A DNA stretch of 64,000 nucleotides from Euglena gracilis (Eukaryota): assembly GCA_039621445.1 (NCBI GenBank), contig CP154954.1, positions 37,743,703 through 37,807,702 of the forward strand, written 5' to 3'. Position 1 is the stretch's first letter. Every line of letters starts with the position of its first letter. Position numbers and translations under genes: made by a program. The notes below the pieces were generated by a model. It searched no databases. It saw nothing but the letters and a program-made list of their open reading frames with translations, and had not been told where the DNA came from. Shown here piece after piece: positions 1 to 12,700 of the stretch.

Positions 1-393
1 TACCAGGCACGATCCCAGCTCTGTAGGAAACCTGCAGAGTCTGGATCCGTCACAATCTGACGGCTCTGATGAACACAGCCTGACGATCGTGGCAGATCCT
101 ATGGGATTTAGCGACACGTATCACACGTGCCTGCGTGATCTCTTTTCCTCACAGGTGGTATTCTATTCTTCACATTCTGATTGTTTTGAAGTAAGAGGAC
201 AAACCTCTGAAAGGACTGAACACAACTGTGAACAGTGACTTGCCTTGTGATCTGTCTTAGCATAGGGGAATTGCGAAAAAGGGTTTTGTTACTCCAAGGA
301 TTTTTAGTCACCTAAGTAGGTGCGTACCAGGAGAAAGCGAAACAGGCTTTTCCGGGACAAAATGGGTCAAATGGAAGTCCTTGGACGTACACT
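1..393 (+). repeat. 5' LTR of element A (truncated by the window start)
   Basis: Colinear with 15612-16004, about 12 mismatches by manual count (~3%). Ends GGACGTACACT. Confidence 0.95.
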
Positions 394-403
394 TGGTAGC
401 AGA
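394..403 (+). promoter_or_regulatory. Primer-binding site TGGTAGCAGA (probably initiator tRNA-Met); second copy at 450-459
   Basis: Abuts the LTR end. Complementary to the ...TCTGCTACCA 3' end of initiator tRNA-Met in many eukaryotes. Confidence 0.85.
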
Positions 404-702
404 ATAGGTCAAAGATACTACAGAAAGAAAGGCCACCAGGTAATACACTTGGTAGCAGATTTAGGCAACGATCCTACAAAGACGTTCCACACAGACAAAC
501 TCTGTGGTTGACTGGTGGTGAGGATCGTACTGAGCCGTGAACCACGGTGAAAGTACTGTTCCTGGCCCTTAGCCAACCTTTAAGCAAGGATACAGGTCTC
601 CGAAGGCTCTGTTTGGTATTCGCCGATACAACCTTTCTGGTCCCTGTTTCACAGCTTATTTGTATTAATTTTTGGGTTTTTGCCTTTTACCCAGCTCAAA
701 AG

Positions 703-3700
703 ATGCAGAGCACAACCCCCAGCAACAAATTTGATTATGACTTGTTGATGAGTTCATTGACCAATCTTGATGATTATTGCGGGGATTGGAACGGTTCGAT
801 GGAAACAAGTTCCAATTCCCGACCCCCCAAGCAACGAGAAGACACATGACATCAATTGTCATTGTCACAAGGCGTCATTGTCATTGATTGCACGGGATGT
901 GGGTGGCAAAATGCCTTCCTCCATCCCGGTTCACCCATCATTGATTCGGCGAGGGGATGAACCCCTTGCACCGTTACACTTGGCAACTCATGTAACCCAT
1001 GAACAAAGTGAGGGGTACTTGCCCTTTGCTCTGTTCACTCCCAAAAGATCCCAGGTGGAAGCACCGGTGGGCCTTTTGGAGTGCAACTCGGTGGAAACAC
1101 CGTGTTTTCTCCACCCCCCCCCTCAATTTCCACCCCCCACACCATTTCACGCATTGCGGGATTACCCGCGGAAACTGCGGTTTTCCCTGCTTTGCCATGG
1201 AGCCCAGATATGTGTCTGTTGGTAACGGAAATCTCTGGTGCCGTTTCCATTGTGGAGGACTATGAGGAAGATTTGAGGGATAAACTCAATCCCGGTGATG
1301 TTTACCGTATTCTCGGAGAACTCCCAGCGGATCACCCGCCGAGCAAGCAAATTTTGCATGTCCACCAATGTTTTGCGGAATGTGCAACCATGCTCAACAA
1401 GGTTTTGCAGTTTGATGAGGACAATCAAAGGGTTGTCAACACCAAACTGGAATATTGCTGGAATTATTTGCAGGAAATCGGCAAATATTGCCAACACAAT
1501 TTTGAAAATGCGGGAAAGACCTTCAGCACTTTCGCGAAAGTGTTGACAGTATTTTGCGCATCCAACTTCCGCAAAACTTCCAACAAATCAGTGAAACACT
1601 GCATGAAGCGGAAACGCGGAATGATTTCAAGTTTCTGCATGTGCAAGATGGTATGAGCCATCTTTTTGCCAAAGTGGAATCATGTTCAACCACGCTACTG
1701 CAATTGCAGCACCAGTTACAAGCGCAAAATGCCACCCCCAAAAAGCCGAAAATCGGTACGTTTGTTGCGGTTGGGCATTTTGCAACACTCACTACTACTT
1801 TCCAAGAAGCCCAACAACGGATTTTGTATCTTTGCTCGGAAATAGAGCTTTTGAAGCAATGTCAAGCGGAAGTGCAAGAACATTTTGTTCCCCGTACGCA
1901 AATCCAGCTTTTGGAGGAACGAATTTTACACTTGGCGCAAAAATCCTGCCATTATGCCGCAAATCAGGACGGATTAACCACCCTGCACGCGAAAATTGCG
2001 GATTGCGCACAACGGCTGGATTTCGCGCAACAACAAATGCAAACGGACATTGGCGGTATTAATGCCACCGTTGTTGGTTTGCAGGAGCATGTTTCTGCAC
2101 TTTCCAAGCGAGTTCCCAACATTTGTGGTATTCAAGCCGCTACTGGGGAATTGCAAACCCGTTGTACCTTGTTGTCCACCACAGTGGCAGAAATTCGCGC
2201 ACTTCCCAATATCTCGCGCGCTCGGATATCCGAGTCACCGGAATTTCGCTCATTTTATAACAAAATGCTTGTTGACAACAAGGAAACCTTGCAAGCATTT
2301 TGTACGAGTTTGATTCAACTTGAGGAATCTATGAATCGGAATGCCCGATCCATGCAAGATGAGGTTTCACGGTTGGATGGACGAATTTCTGCGTTGTTGG
2401 AAACGCCAACCGCGCTAAAGTCGCGCACCACCTCGGAAACCCCCACCAATTCACCCCACCAATTACAAATTGTCTCAAATGCAGTAAAAGCGCTTGCTGG
2501 TCAACTCCGGAATGTGGAGGAGTCCCAAGGACACCTTACCCAAGAATTACACTTGGTTTCTGAAAAGTTACCACACTTGGACGATTTTTCCCGTTACCGC
2601 AAACGTGTTAGGCATCTGGAGACTGAGGTTGACCGTATTTGCGGCCAACTGCAGTTAGTGGAACATTTGGAAGAAACTGTGCATGACTTGTCCGCGAGTT
2701 TGGATAAATTGTCGACTCCGGTACCGGTTGTGCCACCACCCACCGCGGTAAGCGCTGCGGTTGGTATCCCAAATGTCCCGGAATCGCGTCCTCAAAATAC
2801 CCTTTCTGGAGTACGATTTTCTACATCCACCGCGAATTTGTACAACCACCCGCGAAAACGCGAATTGTACCACCTTTGAATTTGTCCACACCACAAACTC
2901 ACTTTTCACAACACATTTCTGATGGGAAAATTGGTACCGACTGGAAATTCGTGTCTCCACCAAGAAATTCAACATTCCAACCTTGTACGAGGAATGAGCC
3001 AACACCCCACACCTGGTATTGGTCATGTGTCGCGTTCGCGATCATACCAACCACCAATGGGTTCTGGATTACCAGATCACACATCGGGTTCTCGGCGGAA
3101 AACCCACCCCACCGGGAGAATTTAACCACTTTTTTCGCAATTCCCGCAGGAAAATTCTGCCACCCTTACACTTGGTGCGGTAAATCCTGCACGGGGTACA
3201 CATGTTGCGCAAGATCCGCGAAACGCGTTTGGTGTTAAGAATTACCCGGACGCAAACCCCTGGAATACCACCGAGGGTCAACGGGTTACTCAGAGAGACT
3301 TCAAGGGCACCATCGCAATCGCAAACAAGGTGAAACCCCAATGGGACGGGGATCCAACCACATGGAGAGAATTTTTTCGGGACTGGCAGTACTACTGGGC
3401 ACTCAAGGGACCCACCCAAGGCCCGAATCCCGAGGTAGTCAAGATGGAATTCATCAATTGCCTACCGAGGGAGGAGCGAGGACGCGCACGCAATTTGGTG
3501 ATACGTAATGGCGTATCATTCGATGACCTGGTGGAGCAATACGCTTCAACCAACTCAACGTTGGTCACCAGGATTACCCTGGAGAAGAAATGGCGACAAT
3601 CCGCGCCATCGGATCACAAATGGAAATCCATTGACCCTTGGTATGCCAAATGGTTAGCACTTGCTTCCCCAGTTGATGAACGTAGCGAGAAGCAAATGCG

Positions 3701-4731
3701 CGAACAATTCGATGCCGTTTTGTTGCATTTCACACCATCTCTGGTGAAGGATATCCATCACGAGGAGTTGGCAGGGCATGAGATGACTCTTGCCCAACGT
3801 TGGAATTATGTGTCAAAGCAACTCAAGCTCACACAAGTTTTGGGACAAATACAGTCCGCTTTCCAAACGCATCCCACCGCGGGAATCCCTGGGGGTGCAG
3901 TTAAAGCGTTGCAAAAATCACCCATGTCACCGAGATCACCCACCACGGGACAGAAAACGCGGAATCAGCGTTCTTCGGACCAAGGCACGGATAAACTGTG
4001 CTTTTTGTGCAACAAATCTGGTCACATGTCTCGGGAATGCCCGAATCCCGACGCGCGAAAGCGTATTGGAAGTCCAAGGGGCTCGACCTCCTCACGGGGA
4101 TCTGGTTCCTCGGCGTTTTCACGACAATCGCGCGTTTCACGGTCTTCGCAGCACCGCTTTAACGGTAGTGGGCCCAAGTCACCATGTCGCGTGATGGTCG
4201 GGAAACCCGCCCTTCTCGCTTTCGGTCACCTGGACCCTACCCGGAAACGGGATTCCAATCGCGACTCTTCACGATCTCGTTCGCGAAGTGGATCATCCTC
4301 TTCGCGCGAGTCACCGGAGAAACCCCGGTACACTGGTCATGGTCGACGGGAAACCCGTTCACCACGACGGTTTGATGGAAGAACGGAATATCGTTCTACC
4401 CGGTTATGCGGAATCCCGCCACAAATCCCGTTGTTCAGTTTGCGGTTCCAAAGACGACCACTCATCCAAATGTCCCAGATCCCGTTCCCCCCGGCCCGGC
4501 TACGGAAATCGCGGTAAGCGCCGCGAGGACCGTGGTAACTCCTCCAACCGGGAAAAAGTCAGTTTCAAGATATCTTGTTTGGAGGAGGACACCCCGGCTT
4601 CGGGCAGGGAGGGGGATGAAACCTCGGACGGGGAATTTAATGAGGCCCGAATGGCGGTGCGCTCATTGAGTTCCATCTATTCCACCAAAAAGTCCGTTGC
4701 CGGCTATGCGGCCGGTTCGGACTTGGAGTAG
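703..4731 (+). pseudogene. gag: gag of A: long N-terminal coiled-coil-like region, capsid-like core, two zinc knuckles with an RS-rich linker; frameshifted
   Basis: Starts MQST, similar to the B, C and D copies. Pieces at 1081-1656, 1554-2879, 3330-4517 and 4288-4731. Motifs KPQWDGDPTTW, CFLCNKSGHMSREC and CSVCGSKDDHSSKC. Ends SDLE-TAG. Confidence 0.85.
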
Positions 4732-7700
4732 GGGAGCCCGAGGTCCGAGGGCACCGACCTCTGGGCTGATGAACAGATGGAGGTAAGACCTGATCAACCT
4801 TGTCCCCCCTGCCCATCCGCCTTCACGGTCAGTACCCGTAATTATTGCGTGTCCCCTACCCCCACCCCACATTTCCGCTCGGAATGCTGAGCAAAGTAGG
4901 AAAGGGTTCATGGGAGAGCTGGGATGCAAACGTATTTCCGCCAAACCCTTCACTTTGCGTACCACCAATGGAACTACTCGTCCAAGCTGAAATACGCATT
5001 CAAAAAATCTGCACCAAAGTTAAAATTTTAATTGGCACTGGTTGTCGCATACCACTGATTTTTCGGTTGGGGTTGACACCGACCCCGCTCATGGAAAGCG
5101 CAAAGAAACCGATAAAAATTACAACACCCCCATGTGCGGTGGTGATTTGGGATGTGTGCTCGAGATACTCTTGCCCATCATTCCGAAGCATCACTCACAC
5201 CCCCCACAATTACAACATTTCACCAATATTTGGGGTTACGAGTCCGGAATTCACGGGTCTGACGTAATTTTGGGATACCCATTTTTACGCCAGTACCGAT
5301 TGGTTGTGGATTGCCACTCCCACGGTTTGCGCACAGCACCCTCCACTACAATGCCACCCAAACCACCATCACCGTTGGCGTCAACCATGACGACCACCCC
5401 TTTTTCAACACCGTTACCCACAATGGCAACACCGTTATCCAGCACACCAACCACCGTTTTCCACACCCGGGGTACGGATAAACCTCCCCCCTACCCAATG
5501 ACACACCTACATGCGTTCCACATGAGGTAGGGCAAGCGGGTAGCGGTACCCCCGCCGTTTCACTGGGTTACAAGACGAAAGCCCAAAAGCCTACAGTACG
5601 TACGGTGTCGAGTCCTCGCCCAGCCACACCACCACTCCGTTTCCCACCAATTGTGCCGAATGCAGGCACACCTGTACAAGACTCACCGGCTAATGCCATC
5701 GACACCCACTTACACGCACACCCGTCACACCATCACACTTCCTACCAATGTGTGCACTGCAGGAGAATTTCCACCCAAACGGATTTCGATTGTGGATGTT
5801 TAGTTGAAAACCCGACACTAATCGCTATTCCGAATACGGAATCCACACCCAAGGATACACTTGGTTGTAGCCCGCAATGCGCGGAGATACACCGAGTACT
5901 CCAACAACGCGGATTAGCCTCGTTGTTTGGAAACGCGAAAAGCGTCACACCTAATTTCAATCGCGATCACACTGGGTACGGATTTGATGCGGAATGGGGA
6001 AAACCCCAACCTTTCTAAACTCCCTTGGGATTACCCCTTGAGGCGGTGGAAGACAGCCCGGATGTTTGTGGATCCATTCATTGTGTTTCGTCACTCCTAC
6101 CCGTAAATCGGGTGAATGAATACGCGAAACGCGTATGGAATGCTTTCAATTTTGGCCAATATCGCATTTTGGAACGATGGTTTTCCAAAATCGCGACATT
6201 GGCTGATTCTTTTTATTTGGCATCGGAAATCAATGCCTTTTCATCAATGCACATGCCCTTTTGCCATGTCGTTGGTCACAACACTCCAACACATTTGATA
6301 AATTTTGGGGTGATACGGTGTTATGGATGCACCTTCCCCAAAACTTATCGCATGTGCGGTTGAGAAAATTCTGCGGGACGAAGCCCGTGGAGTTATTCTC
6401 ATACCCATCACTCCGGAAGCGGAAGGGTTCACCTAACTATCGTATGTTTTTTTTCATTGGTGGGATTAACCCACAAATGTACCGATTTTTGAGGATTTTT
6501 GTTGTAAAATATTACCACCCTTAAAAGAAATCATTTTTCGCGTATGTTTCTTCGATGCATTCGGAATGTCCGAATTCGCGTTGCCGAGGAAGCTCGGTAG
6601 CCCCAGGGATACCCTGGTGGTTTCCGCAGTCATCGAGAGTGCCGGTCAGCAAGCTAAGTCAGCCGAATTCTGTTTGCGGATCCCCCGAGAATTTCACGGC
6701 TTGCTGGAAAATCCAGTATACGCGTGCGACATCGACCCCGCGATACGCGGTCCGTTCGGTCTTTGTAAGATCGAGCTTAAGGAAGGAGCTAAGCCAATGC
6801 ACCGTAAATTTTTTCGTTGTTCGGGGGAACGCGAACAAGCTCTCAATGAAATGATTGAGAAGCTTATTCAGCGCAGGTGGATTGTACCCTCGAAAAGCGA
6901 GTGGACATCCCAGGCATATGTTGCTCCTAAACCTCCAGACCCCTCCGGTCAGAAGAAATGGAGACTGGTGCTGGATTACCGGTACCTGAACTCCCAAACA
7001 AGTGATTGTCCCTTCCCGCTCCCCCTGATCGAGGTTTTGGTCACCAGAAAATCGGAAAACCGGTTGTGGTCAATTTTCGATCTGGAGGACGGTTTTCACC
7101 AAATGCATTTGCACCATGACTCCCACCCATACACGGCATTCGTGACATCCAAGGGTGTGTACCAATGGACGGTACTCCCCATGGGTGTTAAGAATGGCCC
7201 AGCCATGTTTCAGCGCATGATACAATGGGTTCTACGCGATTTACCGTTTGCCATTGTGTACATTGATGATGTGCTGGTGGGAACACCACCACCATCCGCC
7301 AAAGCGAGTGGGGACATCCTCGTCACACACTTCCACCATGTTTGCGCAGTATTAACCGCTTTTCAAAAACATGTGCATTTCGCGAAAGGCGCGAAAATCC
7401 ACTTGTTTCGGATACTTATAAATTTTGCGGTCACATCCTCAGCAATGGACAACGGAAAGCCGCTCCGAGCAAACTGAAGCCATTAGGAAATGGAGCCCTG
7501 AGGTAATCAAAACCATTACTCACCTCAAAGGATTTTTGGGATTAGCCCAATATTACGCGATATATACGAAGGACTTCGCGAAAATCGCGGTGCCCCTCAC
7601 CAAACAGCTCAAAAACTGGGCTGTTGACAACACCAAAGTCATCTGGGATGACCAAATACGCGAGGCCCTTGAGAAAATCAAGGTTTTGCTTTTGGAGAAT

Positions 7701-9609
7701 GTTGTCCTCGAAATCGCGGACCCATACAAACCATACGTACTGGAAGTCGACAGAAGCGCTTACGCTGTTGGCGGAGATCATAGCCAGCATAACGCGCCGA
7801 ATGAACTCCGACCTGTGTCTTTCTTCAGCAGAAAGTTACAGGGCGACGACGGAAAAGGTCAAGTCAAGTGGAGTATACGCGAGAAAGAAACCTACGCAAT
7901 CGTGCTTATACTCCAGAAAATCCGAAGCTGGGTAGCCAGCAGTCTCGTCCAGAACCTCGTCAAGACCGACCATGAGAGTCTCCAACACTGGCACACCGAA
8001 GATTTGAACAAGGCCATGTTATCGGTCGGAAGGCGATGCAGATGGCATGAGTTCTTGAATCAATTCAACCTTGTGGTTATTTATTTCGTTGGTCACACAC
8101 AAAAGGTAGCGGATCCGCTCAGTCGGGCCCCTTTGTATTACCCCGGGAACCCGGATGAGGGAGACGTGACTTTTCACGGAAGTCAGGAAGCTGACGAATA
8201 CGCACGTCGAAACGACGCTGCGGATAATCTTTTGGACTCTTTTCCTGTTTCACAACTATTCCTGGTTGCACCAGTGCGCGGAAGGCGCCGACGTGGAAGC
8301 ACGTCCGGACCCCGGCGTATTACGCGCACGGAGTCCCCTTCCCCACTGTTCTTTCACGAATGGGATTATAGTCGTGATACGGTGTATGACACCATTGTCA
8401 GCAGACTTCGTAATGGCGAAGTGCTGGACAATTACACTCTTTCACCTTTACGGTTGGTTTTTCGCAATGAATCGGGTTACAAATATTATATCACCCAGGA
8501 CCTGGTTGATGATGTCATTTTATGCTATCACAACCATGGTCGCCCTGGGGCCCCCAAACTTCTTTCGTTGTTGGGCAGCAGGTATTGCACAACGCTGAGC
8601 GAGAAAGAGCTTTACTCACGCTGTTTGCTAATAGCGCAACGGTGTCAAATTTGTCAAGCGGTAAAACCACGCAGAGGTACCCCCCCTGGTACGATGGATT
8701 TTTTCCCCGTACCCGCTGACATTTTTACATCCCTCTGCATGGATTTTATGGAATTAGAACCGTGCAAAGGAACAGACACAAACTTTACGATTATGTTTTA
8801 TATTATATACGTACCGACCCAAAGGCAATGGTAGAGCCGAGGCAGCCGTGAAATCCGTCGCGAATATGCTTCGCCTTTCACTGGCTGACTCGCGCAGCAA
8901 CTGGATATCAGTTCTACCATGGTCTTTGTTTTATATCAATACCTTACCAGGGTTGGTTTTGCCTCACTCCCCCTATAAGTTAGTTTTCGGACGGGACCCT
9001 CCGGCCATAGGGGATGTCCCTTCGGGGAGACCCGCCCGAACGAGTGTCAGTTGCGAGGCCTGGTTTGTGGAAGTAGAAAATCTACGTTCTGCAGCCCAGA
9101 AGCGCGTCACTGATATTCATGCAACCAAACGGAAGCCGGTTTTGCAGAATTTCAAGTCACCTGTGTATAGTCCCGGTGACCGCGTGTGGGTGCGGAATAG
9201 CCGTACTCGCATGCACTCTTCCAAGCTGGACCCCCTCTGGCTCGGCCCCTGTGAAATCCTAGAAAGACTAGGTACCAGCGGGCGTTACAAGGTTGCATTA
9301 CCGAATGGTGTTGAGGACGTTCATATGGACGACTTCAACCCATACCTGTCGCCACCGGATGGGAAAATTTATCCCGTGTCTGCACTTCAAACCCCGATCC
9401 AGATAACCTGAGACGGACGATTTGTAGTCGATAAAATTATCGATCACACAATCGACAAATGTATGCACCTTTGGAAGGTCCGCTGGAAAGGGTATGGGCC
9501 CGAGGAGGACACTTGGGAGCCAGCAACCAGTTTTGTTGGGCATGTCCAACAGGATTGGAAGCTGTGGAACAAGAAGCATAACATTGATGTTTCCATGACA
9601 AGTTTTTGA
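4732..9609 (+). pseudogene. pol: pol of A (PR ~5020-5330, MTase-like ~6120-6560, RT ~6720-7480, RNase H ~7480-8130, IN ~8500-9400, chromodomain ~9420-9580); frameshifted
   Basis: KILIGTGC (DTG in B2 and D); [107 protein letters not shown]. The integrase core has an internal deletion near 8800. Confidence 0.92.
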
Positions 9610-9769
9610 GAACGCGTGGGAAACCCATGTTGATTTCTCTTCTTTTTATCATTGATTCTTATCATTCTTTCTTTCCGCAGACTTTTTAGCAAATCATACT
9701 CAAGCGGTTACCCTTACCAACTCAAAACCAACAACCAACCATCCCACCGTACCGACCCTGGGCGGCATC

Positions 9770-12700
9770 ATGCTGCCCGGTGGAAGGGAGCCAGGCGGAG
9801 GACCCCCTTACCACCCCACCACTCACCCTCAACCTGACCAGTCTGCCTACCGATACGGTATGCAGCCACCTGCACGGACTGCGGCTCCGGGAAACCCTGA
9901 AGCCAGCCCCTGTGGCAGGATGACCCCGATGTCCGAGGAAGCGCGGCCATCTCAGCCATCAGGCTCTCGCCGCCTCCCACCGTACGCGGGTGTGATGATC
10001 CACCGCACGGCGGAGACGATGAACCGGGTTGTACGTATGAGCGCAAACTCGGCTCCAGACCAACTCACCCAGGCATTGTGGGATGACCACTGCCGTAAAA
10101 CTTTGACCATCGCGAATACCCAGCCAGCCCTGTGGTGTATGCGCGCCCAGGCGACGATGACCGGTCTGGTGTATTACACCGACCCGGACACGTCGGGATT
10201 CGCGGCGGACATTACCATGCGTGACCTGGGCGTGGAAGTCCCGCCACAGGTAGCACGGCAGGCACCATCAGTTGGTACTTACACCGCACATTTTCGTGCT
10301 CACTCCCCCGGATTACCCGAGGAAGAGACAGTGGAAGCACCTGTCCGGAGTGAGCACCCACGTGTGAAAGAAAGTATTTTTCGATCCCCTGAGCGCATGC
10401 CCCGGCGGGATTATCCTGCGCAGGAGCATGTGTCTTACTACACCGTCTCTGGGGATTACCCCCAGGAGGCGCCAATGCCACGGGATCAGTATGTGTATCC
10501 ACCTCAACCCCACCCAACCATACCTGACCCTATGCCACGACGTTCTGGCGCAGGGAAACCCTCCCCCTACGTCTGACACTGCCCAAAGTGCTCGTCCGCG
10601 GGAAGCCGCGGCAGCGCCTCGTGCGGCACCAGTTCCCCCGGCACGGGATGAACCCGTTAACCCGTGGACTGGCCGGCCGTTCGAGACTGAGGATGAGCGT
10701 CAACAGTATGAATTTGCAGTGACAATCCAACGACAAATAGCACGTCGCCCCCCTGTTTCCACTGGCCGGGGATACCCTGCCCTGGCGGAAATGACACGAG
10801 AAGAGCGCCAGCAGTATGATGCTGCTGTGTCGGCACTCACAGGAGTCCCAGCTCCATCGCGATCAAGTCAACCAGCGCGACAGCATGACGGTGCTGTGGC
10901 GGAAGCGCCATCAGCACGACCCACAAGCTCTGCCGCCGGCGAGCGTGACCGCGGCCCGGAAAATCTGACGCCGCAGCCACAGCGCCGCTAGCCAAAGGTC
11001 GGAAAATCCGCCCGCTGCGATGCACGTCGACGCTGAGGAGGAAGCTCCGCCAGCGCCAGACGTGACGGCAAAACGGGCACGTCGGGAAACCCGACCATCC
11101 CCAGTCGCACCGGTTTACTCGAATCGTGGTGACGCTGAGCAGGAATTCCTGCACAGAATCCGTGACTTACCCTTTGTTTACGCCAGAAGACCCAGAATAC
11201 TGGGAGTACATTAACCCGGATTAGCGGGCGACATTCGAATGGCTGTCTAACACGAAGGGTAAGGGTAAAGGTAAGGGCAATGGTAAAGGAAAAGGAAAAG
11301 ACCAGGAGAGAGGCGGAAACGCTCCACCTGGCAAAGGCGGAAAAGCCGCCTGGCCAACTCCAGGCAAAGGCTGAAAATCTGCCGGACCCCGAGCAGGCAA
11401 GGGCGGATAAGCCACCGAACTTTCGAAAACGAAGGACGATGACGTTACTGTGGTATTCACCTACCTGCAGAAGATCTGGCCGAAAATCGACGAGGGTCTC
11501 CAGCAGTTTACAAACGTAAGCAACGTGATCCACCGACCACCCGATGCGGTGCTCGAAGTGGTGCAGAATCGTATGTATGATCACTGCAAAAGATTTTTCC
11601 ACGGTTCCGAACTTTATGCATTTGAGGGATACCCTCATTCAGATGAAGTTGTCCTGGACCAGATGTTCGGTTTCTGGGAGCTGTGGTTCTGGTTGGGATT
11701 CCCCTGCCAGAACTTCGGCATCTTTACCGACCGAAACGGTCAGACGTATGCCAACTGTTTGGGCACATGTCCTGACGACGAAACGTTCGTAGCACAGTTG
11801 AAGGAACTCTTCAACCACATGTATTCCGTCGGAGCACTTGGAATCCAGTGGAAATATTACCCCCTGCCGGCGAAACTCCAGGCGCAGGCCGCGGTAATGT
11901 TCACGCGCAATCTCCAAGTATACTTGGACAGCATGTATGGCACGCCGTTCAAGGTACTGGATGTGGACCTCGCGTACCCCCAGCGGTACAAACTGGAATG
12001 CCAGTTTTGCAAGGAAGTTCACATTATTGACTTCTGGGGTTTCCGTGAACGCGGAAGACCGCCTCCGACTGCCGAGAATGCCGGCAGCCAGCTGACCAGG
12101 AGATTACTCCTGCATCAGTGCCGGAATCCCAATATGGGAAGGCAAGACCGAAAGGTGCTGAAACAGCACCGGCAAAAAATTTATCTGCTGCAGCAGTACT
12201 GGCACAGGGCGTGGATTACCTACGTCCTGGAAGTCTACATTTATTTCCTGGAACAGATTAGCACCGATGTGGATATCCACAGGAAGTGGTTACCTCGGGG
12301 ATACACCGAGGTGTACGCCAGACCTCATGAGCCAGATCGACGCAGGATGAACCTGCGACCGGACTGGCAGGAGGCAGAAATCGGCCTCCCGGAACACCTG
12401 GATACCCAGTTCGGGGATATCCTCGACTGGCAGGAGTTCGAGGGTTTTTCGCAGCACGCAACATAGGCCGAACTCAGCATGCGGTCCCATTGCCTGCTTT
12501 CCTGGAAAACACAGGAGAGCATGGTATGGGATGGAACCTTCGATCCCAGTGGGAAGACCTCTGCCGGATCAACGAGGACGAGCCGCAACCTCCACCCGGA
12601 AGCTGGGTGAGAGCGTCGTGGCAACCCCCATACCCCAATTTTGACAAGTGTGAAAGTATATGCTTTTATCGCTTGTCAGATGCACAAGGGTGCTACAGGA

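Noticed and set aside
394-403. tRNA gene at the TGGTAGCAGA sites
   Set aside because: Only ~10 nt are complementary to a tRNA 3' end and there is no cloverleaf, so these are PBS motifs.
1554-2879. 441-aa coiled-coil ORF as a host gene (SMC/myosin-like)
   Set aside because: It lies between the PBS and gag core and recurs in every family, so it is part of the element.
11600-11720. G(F/Y)PCQN motif in the extra ORF, and IDLYAFEGEGG in B, resembling cytosine-5 methyltransferase motifs IV and I
   Set aside because: The two motifs are only ~20 aa apart, FxGxG is not conserved in A (FEGYP), B1 has PCK, and no ENV or RxR motifs follow. Probably coincidence; an HHpred search would settle it.
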